From the NCBI GenBank assembly GCA_001179505.1, contig CDMY01000356.1:248001-312000 (forward strand): 64,000 nucleotides of DNA, in the 5' to 3' direction. This DNA is from Vitrella brassicaformis CCMP3155 (taxonomy: Eukaryota > Protista > Chromerida). Shown one piece after another: positions 41,588-51,554 of the stretch. The position numbers and the translations under genes were made by a program. Below the pieces are notes generated by a model that was given only the letters and a program-made list of their open reading frames with translations, made no database searches and was not told the DNA's origin. The first letter of the stretch is position 1; every line of letters starts with the position of its first letter.

Positions 41588-42708
41588 ATGGTTCATTCGA
41601 AGTCACTTGACAGACACCGCGCACACAGACATGGACGCATTGTTTGCCCTCATTTCTCTGCTCTCTGCTCTTTGCTCTTTGCTCATGCAGCGGTGTTGGC
41701 GGGCGAGGTCAGCCGTGCGTATCCAAACTGCGGCGCCTGTTGGAGTTTTGTGGCCCCTCTCTCGGCCAACGCCTCCCTGACGGCCGCCGCCGCCATCCTC
41801 TCCTTCGACTTGAGGCCCTCCGCACCCAACTTGCGCAGATCGACTGCACGCACGACACACACAGCCATTTCCAACGAGACACCTTGTTCGCGTGTGTGTG
41901 TGTGTGTGTGTGGTACGGTCTTCGAGTTTCTCTGTTGCTATGAGTTTCTGTCTTCTCGTCTGCTTGGGCTCACTGTCGTCCAACTCGCCCTTGGCCGCCG
42001 CCTTGAGGGAGACACACACACACATACACAGAGAGACATTGCTTCGTGAGTCTGTGTGTGTGTCTGTCTGTCTGTCTGTGTCGATGTGCTACCTGTGCGA
42101 GTTGTGTGATGTTGTTGCCGTCGAGTTTGATGTTTGGTTCGCCCTCGAGGTTCTCCTCGACGTGGATGTTGACGCCGCTTGGCTGCTCGACGCCCGTCGC
42201 CTCGGCCTCGAGGACGGGGCCCGGCTCCAGCGGCAGCGAGCCTTTCACGCCCGTCTTGAAACACAGCACCTCCTCGCTCAGCGCATTCATCCACACGTTG
42301 CGCGTCTGCAGCAGAGAAGACACACACAGAGAGAGAGAGGCAGGTGCGTCATTGTGTGTGTGGCTTGTGTGTGTGCGACTCTTCGATTTGGGGCGCAGAT
42401 GAGATCGGCGAAGCCCTCGAACAAACGAATGCCTGATGAATGGATGGATGGATGGATGGCCAACTCACACAGATCGGCACACTTGTCGTCTCTCTCTGTG
42501 TGTGTGTGGCTGACCGAAGCACTTGTCGAGTCCGAATGTCTCGAGCGGCAGTCTGATGTCTTTGATGTCGTATTCCCTGTCCTTGACGGTGCCCGAGAAG
42601 AGGGCGAAGCTGGTCTTGCTGAGGATGGCCGTGTGCACACTCGACTCCATCGCCTCGACGTCAACCACAAACCGCAGCAAACCGTGCTACTCGACACACA
42701 CATCGACA

Positions 42709-42740
<32 letters not shown>

Positions 42741-42778
42741 CAGAGAGACGAATGAGTGAGTGTCGATGAACGGATTGC
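41588..42778 (-). repeat. Inverted repeat, copy A (~1.2 kb; partner at 52081-53299)
   Basis: Reverse complement of 52081-53299. Exons and introns are near-identical apart from microsatellite length and a few substitutions. Similarity starts at GCAATCCGTTCATCGACACTCACTC and decays at GAACCAT in the 3' UTR. Confidence 0.95.
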
Positions 42779-43016
42779 TAACCATGCCGTCGCCACACTT
42801 GCGCATTGGCTGCTGAGCCTTCCCAGCAGTCGCATTCGACGCTGACTCACACAAACAAGACACACACACAACACAACACATGACTGCCTCTCACTCTGTC
42901 TGTCTGTCTTACTGTCTGTCTGTCTGACCTTTCTGTGCTTCTGCGGGCGGTGCTGCAAGGACACGGCCGACGGCAGCCAGACAGAGACACACACACGCCA
43001 ACCGCATGGCCACCAT
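41683..43016 (-). CDS. Secreted protein with a PH-like domain, paralog A
   Basis: Phase-consistent exons: MVAMRLACVCLCLAAVGRVLAAPPAEAQK (signal peptide)|ASNATAGKAQQPMRKCGDGM|HGLLRFVVDVEAM...LETFGLDKCF|GIRLFEGFADLICAPNRR|TRNVWMNALSEEVLCFKTG... The CF...LIC....R..W..AL pattern fits the end of a PH fold. Stop at 41683. Confidence 0.6.
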
Positions 43017-43286
43017 CGGTGCTTGATTGCGCGTTTGTGCTTGTGTTTTTGTCAGTCAATCAATCAATCCATCAATCAGGATCGATCATACATATGGATT
43101 GATTGACGTACGTATACGTACACGTGTTCAATCCAATGCATGTCGTCTCACAATATATACCGCATCATTCGTCAGACCACATACATACAACATGCATCAA
43201 CCAACATGACTCTCTGCACACCGTCATTCGATGCCCTCAACCAAAAAAGCCGTGACTCCCTCATTCACTCACTCACTCATTCACGT

Positions 43287-44327
43287 TCATGCCGTCTTGT
43301 CTCCGCCGCCGCGGCCCCTGATGTCGTCCATGGCCTGCTGGTCCTGCCTGTACTTGATGACCATGTCCCTCCTCGTCTCCATCCGCTGTCGCGTCTCGGT
43401 GTCCTTGACCGTTTGCCGCACCCCTGACGCAACCCGCTTGATGTTGCGCTTGAACTCGTCGGCGCCCCAAAAGCTGCCCTCGCGGTCCTCCTCCCAGGAC
43501 GATGACAGAATGCCGTAACTCACACCTGAACAAAACAACAGAAGACAGACAGACAGACAGACAGGCAGGCAGGAAGGAGGGAAGGAAGGACGGCCGTCGC
43601 ATTGTGAGGGTCCGTGTGTCTGAGAGGGTGGCCACTCACCGCCGAGTGCGAGTAGGAAGCTGAATTGTGTGATGTATGCGATGATGCTGGGCTCGATGCG
43701 GTAGTCGAACTGGCTGTAGAGCAGGAAACCGCCGATGAATGTCGAAAAGGCGAAGGCCAGCGGGGTGAGGAAGAAAGGAACTATCCGTGAGATGATGCGC
43801 TGAGATACCACCTCGGGCATCGTACCTACAGGCAGTCACAATAGAACATTTGTTAAGCGGCGCACCAGTCAGCTGTGCCTGTCTGTGTCAATCGGCACCC
43901 AACCCACCCACCGACCTGCATTGCCGTCTTTGCCGGCCTCCCTGAGCTGTTTGAGCCTCATCTCGTATTCTTCAAACTCCTGCAGCTCCCTCTCGTCCTT
44001 GGATATCTCCATCAGCTGCATCCGACGCAACGCCGCCTTGCCAACCTCACCATCACCAGGTGGCGGCACCGTCCCAGCCACAGCAGCAGCGTCATCCTTC
44101 CTCCTCACCTTGGGCTTCTTCTTCTTGGTCTCCACAAAGCCCTGGCCTGCCTCATACTTGGTGCCGGGCTCTGCTCGCCGTGAGCTGAGGAGGTGGCGCC
44201 TGTGGAGGGATGTACTGCGCAGGGAGGGGATAGAGAAGGCGGGTGATGCTGCAGGGGATCTGATAAAGGCTGTGGCTGGCGCGGAAGACGAGATGAACGA
44301 GACTATGCTCCAGATCACGTACATCAT
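43287..44327 (-). CDS. PAM68: PAM68-family (DUF3464) photosystem II assembly protein with a bipartite plastid-targeting leader
   Basis: Spliced core MPEVVSQRIISRI...GGVSYGILSSSWEEDREGSFWGADEFKRN matches the PAM68 PEVV..R / SYGI.S.SW...EGS..G..E signature. The N-terminal hydrophobic segment ends ATA-F and is followed by a Ser/Arg-rich transit-like stretch. Two phase-1 GT-AG introns. Confidence 0.9.
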
Positions 44328-45096
44328 GCCGATGGTAGGCGATGCCTGATCAGGGCGGCACCTTCTCAGCAGCGCCAGAATGCTTCGACCTCAGAGGCTC
44401 GGGGTTTCTTCCAAACCCTGAACCTGAAACCCTCCGAACACATGCATTCATTCATTCATCAAAAAAGTGGTACGTTCGGTCCAACACTGTTCAAGATTCA
44501 GATACTCATCTTCATCAACCGATTTCTCGCCGAGACGTCAAGAGTCTGTCTGACTGTCTCTCTCTCCTTTGTCTGCGTGTCTAGCATTCATGCGAAAAAA
44601 GTGCCGCTACAAGTGACGTACGTCGAGCCAACGCACGGCGTGGCGTGCAGAATGCAATACACGGCAGCACGGACGGAGACAAACTCATGGCCTCTCATAA
44701 AGATGATAAACTCTTCAGAGAGGTGCACTGAAGGAGAGCAACACGTACACACGGGACCACACGACACAACAGAGACACGCACAGCAAAGGCATGTGTGCA
44801 ACAACACGCACGTGATGTCCTCGGAAAAAATGAGAAAGGAAGACCCACTTAGACCACGGCTTCATTCACCTCCTCGCTGTTTTCCTCCCCCCTCTCCTCG
44901 CTGTTTTCCTCCCCCCTCTCCTGCTGCCTGTTCCGCCGGTAACCGCTCCCTCTCAGGACCCATGGCAAAATGGAGCAGGGAGCAGCTCTTTCTCGTTAGC
45001 GCGAAAGCACTGCGACCTCCTATATCAAGGCAAAACACCAAGAACGACAGATCAGACAACTGGTGACGAGGGCAAGCATGAAAGGCACGTATCGGC

Positions 45097-48000
45097 TCAC
45101 GGGGCGGTGGGTGCTTGCGTCTGTTTGCTGGTCTCCGACTTCTCCTTTTTCGCCTTTTCCTTGGACTCGAACATCTCGAGCTGCTTATCCATGTAGGGCG
45201 CATAGATCGTCTGAAGGATGAACCGACCAACAAAGCAACCAACCAACCAACCGACAAAGTTTTGTGAGAAAAGTGGCGTGTTGTTGGTGTGTGTCTGCGT
45301 ACGCCATTTCTTCTGCCGACGACTTCGAAGGTAACTTGCTGTGACGGGCCATCCACGACCATCGCCTGGCCACTCTCAACCTGGACGGACGCACGCGACA
45401 CACATTTATGGGATTTACTGCTTCGGCGTGTGTGTGTGTGTGTGTGTGTGTGTGAAATGTGTGCTCAGGTCCTTTCTGGCGTCCCTGAGTGCCTTTGCCT
45501 TCTCCTTGTGCACCTTCTGCCGCCGGCCGTTCTGACGCAAATCCAATACATCCTGCACACACACACACGATGGCGTGAGGGAGGGAGAGACCGACAAATG
45601 GACATGCAAGGTTGCCTCCCTCCCTCCCTGCCTGCCTGCCCAGGTGTGTACCTGTAGTGTGGATTTGATTCGCTCGGAGTATCTGTCCTTGGCCTTGAGC
45701 TCCCTCATGCGTCTGCTGAAGACCGTCAACAGGCTTTTGCCGGCGTCAGTGGAGTCAAGCTTCCATCCTGCACCCATGGCGACCACACGTTGCCTGTCTG
45801 TCTGTACGTCCTCTCCCTTGATGTGTTTGTTTGTTTGTTTGTTTGTGAAGTACCGATAGTGGTGATGAGTTCGCAAAGGCACTCGATGAAGAGCTCCTCT
45901 GGACAGTAGGATGCATCCGCGCCGATGAGTGAGGTGACGACCTCTTTGACGGCCTTGGCCGACAGCAGGCGACGCAGAAACAGCTCGCCGATGAACTTGA
46001 TGTCTGATATACCGATCGCAGACAGATTGATGAATCGATGAGTGAGTGGATGGATGAATGTATGTGTGTCACATGAGATGCCCACTTCCAAGTGTTCGGT
46101 CTTTGAGTTGCTTGAGCTTGATTTCCTGGTCGGCGGGCGAGAGCTTCGTCTTGTCCTCATCGCTCAACGTCATCTTGGTCTCTGGCAACCTGTTTCCACA
46201 CACAAGCACATGAACCACGTGGGTGTGTCCGTGTGCGTCTGTGTGTGCGGTCACCTCGGTCGCTCACTTTTCGAATTCAGATTGGACCTTGTTGAGGAGC
46301 ATGTTGTAGAAGGTCCTGCGCCTCTCCTTCTCGCCTGTGAACTCCAGCGACCGCCACCTGAGGATCTGGCACAGGTCGGCATAAATCCCGCTGAAGTTAC
46401 GCTCAGACACGGCCTGCGTGAATCCAATCGAACGCACACGCCGACAGACACATGCAGAATATTCCGTATTTGTCTTGCGTCTATGCCACGGACCTTTTCG
46501 AAGACGATACCGACGAATACCTCGAGCTCCTTTTCATTCTGCAGCTGCTCGCCTAGCACAGCTGAAATCACCGCAATACAGATAGGCAAGACATACACTT
46601 ACATATGCATGCCGTCCGCCAAGCCGGCGGATCACATATCAAGCTGTTCGGCGATGCTTTCGAACGTATCGTCGGTGAGCTGGTTGAGCAAATCGTCGAT
46701 ACGTGCACCAAGGGGCACCAAAGGCTTAATGGTCCCCAAGGGGAAATCGCTGCAATCACAGCACGCCACGCACACACACAGGAGAGAGGGGGTACACATG
46801 AACACGCACATACACTCACACATCGATACACGTCCAGCTACTCCCCAGTCGGGCGCTCACCTGCTCTTCCTGGCCGCCCGTAATTCTCTTCCAGGTTGCC
46901 GCTCCACGGGCACGTCGCCCAAGTTGGCCAGCTCCAAGTTGGCCAGTTCCTCGGGCGGCTTGTTGCTCACCTACGTATATATGCACCAATCGCACCTGCG
47001 GAATGAGCAGGCGCCTATACGATTTGGTCTCCGCTTACCGGTGGCTTGTGCTGGAGGAGAGTGTCTTTGGTATAGACACAGCGAGAAGTGTCCTGAATAC
47101 AATCAGCACACAGGTAAACGGCTGTCAGTGTGTGCCGCACTGTATGTGTGTGTGTGTATGTGTGTGTGTTTGGTGGCATACGTTGCTTTCGACAGTGTTG
47201 TCCTGCACTCTTGCCGAAGCCTCGGCCATGTCCAGTCGGCTGTCCGCGTTCTGATACACATGCCACACAAACACACGTACACACAGTGGCAATGCAACGT
47301 CCCTAGTGTGTTGTGTTGTGTTGTGTTCTGCCAGTTACTTACCACCGATAGAGAGATTCGTTGAGAGCACCAAGACTCCATCGCGCGCTGGGAATCCATG
47401 CTGGTCGATTGGCGCTGACCGTATCGATACTAAAGACCGCACAATTCGCTCTTCTCTGTGTGTGTTTCCTGCCAGTCTCAGCATCGTCTGTGCACGCGTA
47501 CGTGAGGGGGGCGCGAGGCAGATCGAGAGCGCCCTCCTGGTCTAGACCGAGACTGCGAACGCCCGCGAGAGGAGGAGCACCCGTTCGTGCCCTCTGCGAA
47601 CGTGACAGCTGGCCGCTGCACATCCGCATGTTCGACCTCGTCCAGGTAGATGATCCGGACCTCCTGGGGCTTGGACGTCAACTCACCGCTGAGACACACA
47701 GCCACACACAGACACGCCGAACCTAGCGTTTATGCAGAACACGTGTTTCGTGCTGTGTGTTACGCCATGCTCTTCTTGTATCCCGCAATGGCGACGTTGC
47801 AACCCAGCTGGCGGCACTCGTCGACGACCTCAGAGAATCAGAGTCTCCTGAACCCCTGACACGTCAAATGGGGACAACAGCAACAATGCTCCAGAACAAC
47901 CTCCAGAGCAGTGCTGATTGCAGAATGTTTTGGATTACAGAATGATCCATTTGATGCCCCCCTTGACAGCGGCTGACGAAGACAAGAGGACATGCGTCCG

Positions 48001-48537
48001 GATCGATGCGTGCCGTACATATGCTTGTTAATGCTTGTACCGCGTGCCACTTCAAGAGCCCGCAAGGCTATGCCGACATCGACCCCCCGCTGTTTCCTGT
48101 TCTCCTTGAAGCCGTATTTGGTGCACATACAGATGCGTTCGTGCGCCAGACCGTTGTGGAACGCTTTCCGCCTGCGTGCTCTCCTCTCAGTGTCGGCATT
48201 GCGACCCACGACGCTCAGCCTACACAGCACGCAGGACTGCAATGAAGCACGCCACGTACGCTCCTCCCTCCTCCCCTTTCTGTGCTGACCAACCATTTGT
48301 CAGGATCAGATTCGTACAAGTACGTCTGCGATATCGGCACTCCCAGCATGTCCTCCACGTGTTTGAGGAACTCGATGAAGGCCTTGACATGTAGCTCACA
48401 GCCGTGCTTGTCCTCGTAGTCTTCCTGAACAACACACAATGTCATCGCATCCTTCCTTCGTTCAGCATGCTGATTCCAACCCAGATGTTTGCCCCGTCAA
48501 AGATGGCCACAGCTTTGTCCCTGGCTGACGTTGCCAT
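45097..48537 (-). CDS. NYN (LabA/DUF88-like) ribonuclease domain fused to an eIF4G-like protein (4E-binding motif plus MIF4G), multi-exon, with an apparent 1-nt frameshift at 47836-47837
   Basis: NYN motifs: AVAIFDGANIW, KQRGVDVGIA, WIILGSGDSD[F]SEVVDECRQLGCNVAIAG, RIIYLDE. YTKDTLL lies at 47054-47074. MIF4G motifs: LLNQLTDDTFE, IVFEKAVSERNFSGIYADLC, FYNMLLNKVQSEFE, RTLGNIKFIGELF, EELFIECLCELITTIG, LQDVLDLRQN. Confidence 0.75.
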
Positions 48538-49069
48538 CCCAACCCGACCGCTCGAAGCCCCAGATCTGGCCAGATCGTCGTTCCTACTTTTCCCGCTTAG
48601 AGCAGAGAGGACGAGTTACACGGGCGAGCTGCAAGACATGAGTTTGTAATGCTTGTGGACCCAAGCTTGTGTGTCCATGACACCTCCGTCGTCACGAATG
48701 CTTGTCAGTCACTACCCCGAGCTACTGCTGATACTCCAACTATGCCCGCTGCCCCAAGAGCTGTGGCACGTGTACGATTTCAGATATGACACACAAGGTC
48801 CCACCAAAAGTTTCCCACACATGAATTGCCTCGCAACACCACTCTTTTGTGGCATCGCGACGTCACAAACACACACCAAAAATACGCACATGAACAGCAT
48901 GCAGGCCACTGGGACTATCGACAAGCAGAACGGGCCACTGCACTGCACTGCTGTCATCTCCCTGTCTTGCCGTCTCGCGACGCGACGCAACGAAAAAGGG
49001 GACAAACCGCACAGGACCTGATTTCTGCCTCTCACTCACTCACCCATGCACTCACTCACTCACTCACAG

Positions 49070-50813
49070 TCACATGACGTATGTGGCCCTGATGAACTGG
49101 ATGAAGTTGTCGACGTCCTCAAAGGTCGACAGATAACCCAACGACACACGAACAGATCTGACACACGCACACACACATCAACACAGACGAAAAGATAGAT
49201 GGGCGCTTTTCCATCCTTGCTTACCCGAGTGGTTTGCTGCCGAATGGGTTTGTGGGGTCGGAGCACGACTCCCGCACGTCACTTGCATGCTTAATGTCGT
49301 CACTTGACAAACCCAAGTAGTCCTGCACACAACATGCAGTGAACACACGGGATGCCCGCCTGCTTTGCACGCCCCCCTGCGTACCTGGCACGCTCCAGGG
49401 TTACAGAAGCATCCCGTCCTCAGGTGTATCATATTGGCAGCAGCCTCCTGCTGCACCTGGCTGAAGCTCACGTAGGAGCCGTCGGGCTTCATGACGTTGA
49501 GGTTGACGATGCCGCCTGTGGGCATCTCTCCCCACCGCCCGTAGCGCGAGATGACAGGGCGGCCGTTGAGGTGCGTGAGGGCGTCGAGCTGCTCCGCCAG
49601 GTAGGTGGTCAGCATCGACACGTGCTGCTCAATGTACGACATCCCCACAGCCTGACCAACCGACCACACACCGACCAAGAGGACCAGTGAACCGGTGTCT
49701 GAGAGGATGAGGCCGCTCACTTTGAGTTTGTCGAGTCCGTATTTGAGTGCGACAACCGACAGGAATGACACGGTGCCGTCCTCAAAGCGCAGCGAGGGGT
49801 TGTCCTTCATCTTGCACCAACGCGAGTCGCACACTGCCGCGACAACAGTGCCGCCGCCCCAATACACCTACAGACAGACACCCAAGACACACACAGCAGC
49901 ACACATTCATCTCTGTGTGCAGGGTGGGTGGGAGAGAGTTGGTATGACTGACCTTGTTGAATATTCTTGCGTCGTCATTCCTGAGCAAGAGAGCGCCGAG
50001 ACCAGTGGGGTAGCTGAAAGCCAGCGAGCCACCGACCAACACAGGCGGACGAAGAGAGACATCTGCAGCGTATGCGCTTCCTCCTCGTGACATGTCCCGC
50101 CCGTACTTACCCGAACATTTTGTAGAATGAGATGGCGAGGAAGTCCGTGTGGTACTCGGTTAGGTCAAAGCGCCTCGTCGGCGCGTAAGCAGCTCCGTCA
50201 ACCAACACACGCCACCGACACTCATCGCTCAACCCATAACTGCATGTGGACGCGCCACAATGCGCACATATGCGTCAGCCACTTCTCCTGTGCTCCTGTG
50301 TTGTGCGCCGCGCCCTTACGTCTGTATGTCGTTGATCCAGACGTTGGGGTAGTACATGCCGGCGAAGTTGTCCTTGGCTGGCATCGCAAACAGACACTCG
50401 ACCGTCGCGTTGCTCTGACTCGCAACTGTCGCCTGCACCCGCTCTGCGCTGTGCTTCCTCTCCCAGAGCGTCTGCATCACCCACTCCTCACTCACGGCAC
50501 GAAACGTCGCCCCAGCTGCATAGGCGTACTCTCTGTCATCCACACCAAACGCACCTCGTGTGCACATGCGTTCCTGTGTTCATGTGTGTGAGTGTCTGTG
50601 TGTCTTGTCTGTATGTGGCTGCTGACCTGATTCCGAGTACCGAGTTGTGGTTGACCCTGACGTAGACGAACTCGCTCCTCGGCGACCAGGGGAAGTCCTC
50701 ACCCACCATCTTCAGAGCACCCGTCGCCCCGCTGGTGAAGACCACAGAGTATTGCTGCGCGTCGGCATTGAAGAAGTCCAGCAACAGCTCACGAGCCTCC
50801 CTCAGCCGCTGAT

Positions 50814-50854
<41 letters not shown>

Positions 50855-51462
50855 AACACAAACACACACACACACACACACACGCATGACCCATCGGCCC
50901 GTTTGTCGCTTTGCATGTGGTACAAGTTAGCCGCACCAGTGAGGTCAGCGGAAGGGTTTTGGCTGTGCGCGTTGCCGTACGCGTGTGTGTCGAAGTCGTC
51001 GTAGATGGCCTTGAGCTGACTGCTCTGATACACACCGCTGCCCGTGTAGTCGAGGTATGTGTGGCCTGCACACAACACAAAACAACACAGCACAACACAA
51101 CACACCGCTCAATGCCACATGTGACACGCAGGGCAGCAGTGGCACAGACCTTCGAAGCGGGCGAGTTCCTTCATGGCCAGCTCTCGTATGGTGTCATTGT
51201 ACAGGGGAAACCGCACCATGAAGGACTGCTTCCTCTCCTCCTGCTTTGGCAGACAGTGGGACACCGGAGTCACCGCCTTGAAGCAGGAAGCAACGCCCAA
51301 GAGGGCGAAGGCACAAACGGCGACAAGAGATGACCTTCCGCATGGCGCTGCTCCCTGCCGACGGCTCGCGCACCGCCTGCAGTCATGCGCCCGTGTGCAG
51401 GGAGGATAAGCGCCGCTGCGGCGCGAGCAATTTTGTGCACTGGATCTGTCGCAGGGACTCAT
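49070..51462 (-). CDS. Molybdenum-cofactor-sulfurase-like PLP-dependent cysteine desulfurase domain (class V), N-terminal half only, with an N-terminal hydrophobic segment
   Basis: Motifs: YLDYTGSG, YGNAHS, VVFTSGAT, NHNSVLGIR, VLVDGAA, AISFYKMFGYPTGLGAL (PLP Lys), FEDGT, LRTGCFCNPGAC, GSVRVSLGYLSTFED. Stop (YVM*) at 49070-49072, with no MOSC domain following. The start codon is uncertain. Confidence 0.85.
50818..50884. repeat. Intronic (CA)n microsatellite, representative of the (CA)n/(CTGT)n/(CCAT)n/(CAGT)n tracts found in most introns and UTRs
   Basis: Directly visible. Other tracts are at ~605-630, 22942-22965, 30675-30725, 42700-42745, 45428-45453 and 52770-52850. Confidence 0.95.
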
Positions 51463-51554
51463 GCGGACGTCTGGACTGGCCTGACCTCTCCCGCGAGCTC
51501 AGCGATCTACGGAGTTAGAGAAAACCAAGTTCAGGAGCTGAGAGGAACCGCACA

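Noticed and set aside
44870-44925. CRISPR-like array from short direct repeats (also 60301-60349)
   Set aside because: These are adjacent tandem units without spacers, there are no cas genes, and the context is eukaryotic.
46634-46640. U12-type AT-AC intron at the ATATGT junction
   Set aside because: It lacks the ATATCCTT consensus, and the candidate acceptors end in AG rather than AC.
46042-47364. 440-aa plus-strand ORF
   Set aside because: It is the antisense shadow of the MIF4G exons plus microsatellite introns (THTH/VCVC runs), with no protein-like motifs.
30037-47837. Calling the MFS, TLC, coiled-coil and NYN-eIF4G genes pseudogenes
   Set aside because: The MFS, TLC and coiled-coil genes each have only a single 1-nt deletion with family motifs intact on both sides, and the NYN frameshift fits the same pattern, so assembly error is more parsimonious. 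The extra MIF4G junction anomalies are listed as a separate finding.
48404-49035. Exons near 48000-48540 as the missing C-terminal MOSC domain of the sulfurase
   Set aside because: The sulfurase has a clean stop at 49070, and these exons carry NYN motifs (DGAN, GVD, SGDSD), not MOSC motifs.
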